Shown here in pieces: positions 62,091 to 64,000 of a stretch of 64,000 nucleotides of DNA (the stretch's first letter is position 1; each line of letters opens with the position of its first letter). The translations under genes were made by a program, and so were the position numbers. Location: the IMG/VR virus record IMGVR_UViG_3300008262_000055. One strand, written 5' to 3'. This DNA comes from a virus (Duplodnaviria > Caudoviricetes). Below the pieces are notes generated by a model. That model was not told the origin of the DNA. It worked only from the letters and a program-made list of their open reading frames with translations, and made no database searches.

Positions 62091-62720
62091 AGGATCATTA
62101 GGCCATTTAATATAGTTTAAAAAACTGTGCTGATTTACTAACGCCATATCAACCCTATTGTTGTTAACAACTTTATCTATAAAATCAGATCTTTCTTGAT
62201 TTAATATTGGCCTGTATAAATCTATTTCAATAGGTTGTTCGCAGTAATCACTGGCTGTATAAAATGCGAATGCTTTTAGTTTTCCGTTAGTGTCTATAAA
62301 ATGATAACATGGATACATGGTAACTTTATAGACATTTTCTGTTTTTATATCTCGACATATAGTTTCTAATTGATTTTGCCAATCGACACAAATGCTATCT
62401 AGTGTTCCTTTAGAATTAATAAATGTTTCACAACAAACATCATTCCATTCTAGATATATCTTACGCCCTTTAAAATCAATATCTCGCAATCTAACACACC
62501 AGTTATATTTTTGAAATTGTGTTAGATATCTAACTTCTCTATTAAAACAATCGGATATTAGATTTTCTTCTACTGGATACTCTCGATAGCTGTTATTATT
62601 AAAATTCATACAGAGTTCTGATCGTTCTCTGTTTACTAAAGGTTCGTAAATTGCTCCGGGTCTAGTTCTATACCCGTCTTTATCTATACCATAGTAATGA
62701 AACCAATCAGTATGACTCAA
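62040..62720 (-). CDS. Protein-kinase-like-fold protein, degenerate
   Basis: F.REVRYL, YKVTMYPCYHFID..GKLKAFAFY aligns loosely with catalytic loop / DFG positions; paralogue of 63531. Confidence 0.4.
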   Translation of the reverse strand: MSHTDWFHYYGIDKDGYRTRPGAIYEPLVNRERSELCMNFNNNSYREYPVEENLISDCFNREVRYLTQFQKYNWCVRLRDIDFKGRKIYLEWNDVCCETFINSKGTLDSICVDWQNQLETICRDIKTENVYKVTMYPCYHFIDTNGKLKAFAFYTASDYCEQPIEIDLYRPILNQERSDFIDKVVNNNRVDMALVNQHSFLNYIKWPNDPLPRIYKKLYSLNTDII

Positions 62721-63507
62721 GATGATCTATACCTAACTGCTTACGGAACGCTTCTGTGAACTTGCCATCAATACGTAAAGAATATGATTGCTCCATTATC
62801 TTTTCACCGCCATGCCAGTCAACATCATTCCACCATGCTGCTCGAGTATTAAGATATGTTTTGTTTTTATTTTCTGGATCCCACAAATACATTGCCTTCT
62901 TTGTATTAGGACGGACATGTATAAACTCATTGCGATGGGGTTTGACTACATCAATGCCATTTTTAGCATCCAAGTCTCTATGTTCAAATGGAATACCGTC
63001 AGCTTCACAGTGGAAGAATATCACACGCCCTATATGTTCAAATACTGTGCCTTGTAATTGCTCAACCCATTTGACTACATTAGGGAAATAAGCGGCTTCT
63101 TCTGTTAACTTACGTGGTGCTGTCCTATCATCCCAACTACCCTCTTCCCATAGGAAATAGTAAATGTAAGGATCATAGGCACCCATGGCCATTTTAAGAT
63201 AGCGTGTAAATTTGTTACGTTGTTTATAATTGTTAAAATCTTTAAACAAATCAATGCCACCCAGATAGATGGGATCATCTTTAGGCAACGACATAAATTC
63301 GTCCATGGCTTGATATATAGGTTTCCAATGTAGCCTGTAACTCATATTATCAAAATTAAAACCGGGCTTCATCCAAGTGCCTTCTTTGGCAAACTCTCGT
63401 GCTTCGGCAAACCCTCTTAATATTTCGGGCTGTAGTTTCTCAAACTGGTCCATATTTAAGTATGGCTCCATATCAAAATACGCTTGTTCGTTTATACCTT
63501 TGATCAT
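62707..63507 (-). CDS. 2OG/cupin oxygenase-like
   Basis: PFEHRD, WWND.DWHG, SLRIDG. Confidence 0.6.
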   Translation of the reverse strand: MIKGINEQAYFDMEPYLNMDQFEKLQPEILRGFAEAREFAKEGTWMKPGFNFDNMSYRLHWKPIYQAMDEFMSLPKDDPIYLGGIDLFKDFNNYKQRNKFTRYLKMAMGAYDPYIYYFLWEEGSWDDRTAPRKLTEEAAYFPNVVKWVEQLQGTVFEHIGRVIFFHCEADGIPFEHRDLDAKNGIDVVKPHRNEFIHVRPNTKKAMYLWDPENKNKTYLNTRAAWWNDVDWHGGEKIMEQSYSLRIDGKFTEAFRKQLGIDHLESY

Positions 63508-63530
63508 TGTTTTTTATGATAATTAAATAT

Positions 63531-64000
63531 ATGAATTACGAATACTACTATAACAATGTTCCTGGAGTTGGATTATGCAGGAACAATCTTATTTACACTA
63601 GCTTAATAAGCCAAGATAAAAAAACTTTTGTTATGTGGTTCCATAATGATAGCGAATATCACAAAGGACAAAACGAAGTTGTTGATCCTATATTAATGAA
63701 TGCCAAATGGAACAGAGAAGTTAAGTATCTTATTGAAATGGCTTGGAAATATAGAGAAATGGTTCCTAAGATCAAAGAAATAGATCATATCAATCAAAAA
63801 ATCTATTTTGAAATTGACGGTGCTGATTTTTGGAATCGTGCGGGGTGTATGACTGAAAACTATGATACAGTATTGCCCGATTGGCAAGATCAGATGTTGC
63901 GAATATTAACAGCCCATAGAAGTTTAGGACTGTACAAATTTTCTATGCATCCTAGTAGCTATTTTATAGTTGACGGGCAGTTAAAAAGTATAAACTATTT
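63531..64000 (+). CDS. Protein-kinase-like-fold protein, degenerate; truncated by window edge
   Basis: Hand translation MNYEYYYNNVPG...NLIYTSLI...W.REVKYL...DWQDQM...YKFSMHPSSYFIVDGQLKSINY; TTAAATA at 63523-63529. Confidence 0.55.
   Translation, partial: MNYEYYYNNVPGVGLCRNNLIYTSLISQDKKTFVMWFHNDSEYHKGQNEVVDPILMNAKWNREVKYLIEMAWKYREMVPKIKEIDHINQKIYFEIDGADFWNRAGCMTENYDTVLPDWQDQMLRILTAHRSLGLYKFSMHPSSYFIVDGQLKSINY

Noticed and set aside
1347-63887. Dozens of short ORF-track entries antisense to or nested in long genes (e.g. 1347-1625, 8575-9039, 11933-13156, 22673-22955, 30887-32077, 33022-34917, 36263-36643)
   Set aside because: They are shadows of motif-bearing genes on the other strand or frame, with low-complexity V/P/L/S-rich translations and no SD or motifs
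42413-64000. Classical RiPP cluster
   Set aside because: Intergenic gaps are under 40 nt, and I found no precursor peptide, peptidase/transporter or RRE-like gene; one could still lie beyond the window edge
1-64000. Stop-codon reassignment (seen in some large phages)
   Set aside because: Recognisable proteins are full length under the standard code and genes tile with minimal gaps
1-64000. Prophage or cellular origin, integrase, IS elements, rRNA
   Set aside because: No integrase, transposase, att-like or rRNA sequence and no host operon structure; the metabolic genes are interleaved with virion genes under phage-type promoters

Overview
The window is an AT-rich, gene-dense segment of a large lytic dsDNA phage, T4-like/jumbo-myovirus style. 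It is not a cellular genome. The basis is a clamp-loader ATPase, GroES, gp9/gp10-like baseplate proteins, TAAATA late-promoter cores and perfect sigma70 early promoters. The proteobacterial-type IscU/IscA and PBP7-like genes suggest a (beta)proteobacterial host; this is inference. Layout: (1) 1-3.8 kb replication and auxiliary genes, including a stand-alone DnaE fragment. (2) 3.8-20.2 kb baseplate/tail module with a subtilase and a 2841-aa protein. That protein carries four repeats resembling the bilin-binding Cys-x-Arg-Asp helix of phycobiliproteins. (3) 20.3-27.3 kb iscU, iscA, a SOD-like gene, uvsE, glycosyltransferase-like genes and queD, with two candidate structured RNAs. (4) 27.3-34.9 kb repeat-rich fibre proteins. 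(5) 35-42.3 kb early, sigma70-driven hypotheticals, a YccA-like gene and a 110-nt tRNA-like RNA with an expanded middle domain. (6) 42.4-64 kb, running off the window end, an almost gap-free island of tailoring enzymes: 7 radical SAM, 8 2OG/cupin oxygenases, a QueC-like ATPase, 2 PLP enzymes, an SDR, an amidinotransferase, a flavin halogenase-family protein and 2 kinase-like proteins. Most of the island's transcription units start at the same late-promoter core as the virion genes. It has no scaffold synthase or precursor peptide, so I hypothesise that it decorates virion protein/glycan or DNA. All protein calls rest on motif recognition by eye; no database searches were run.
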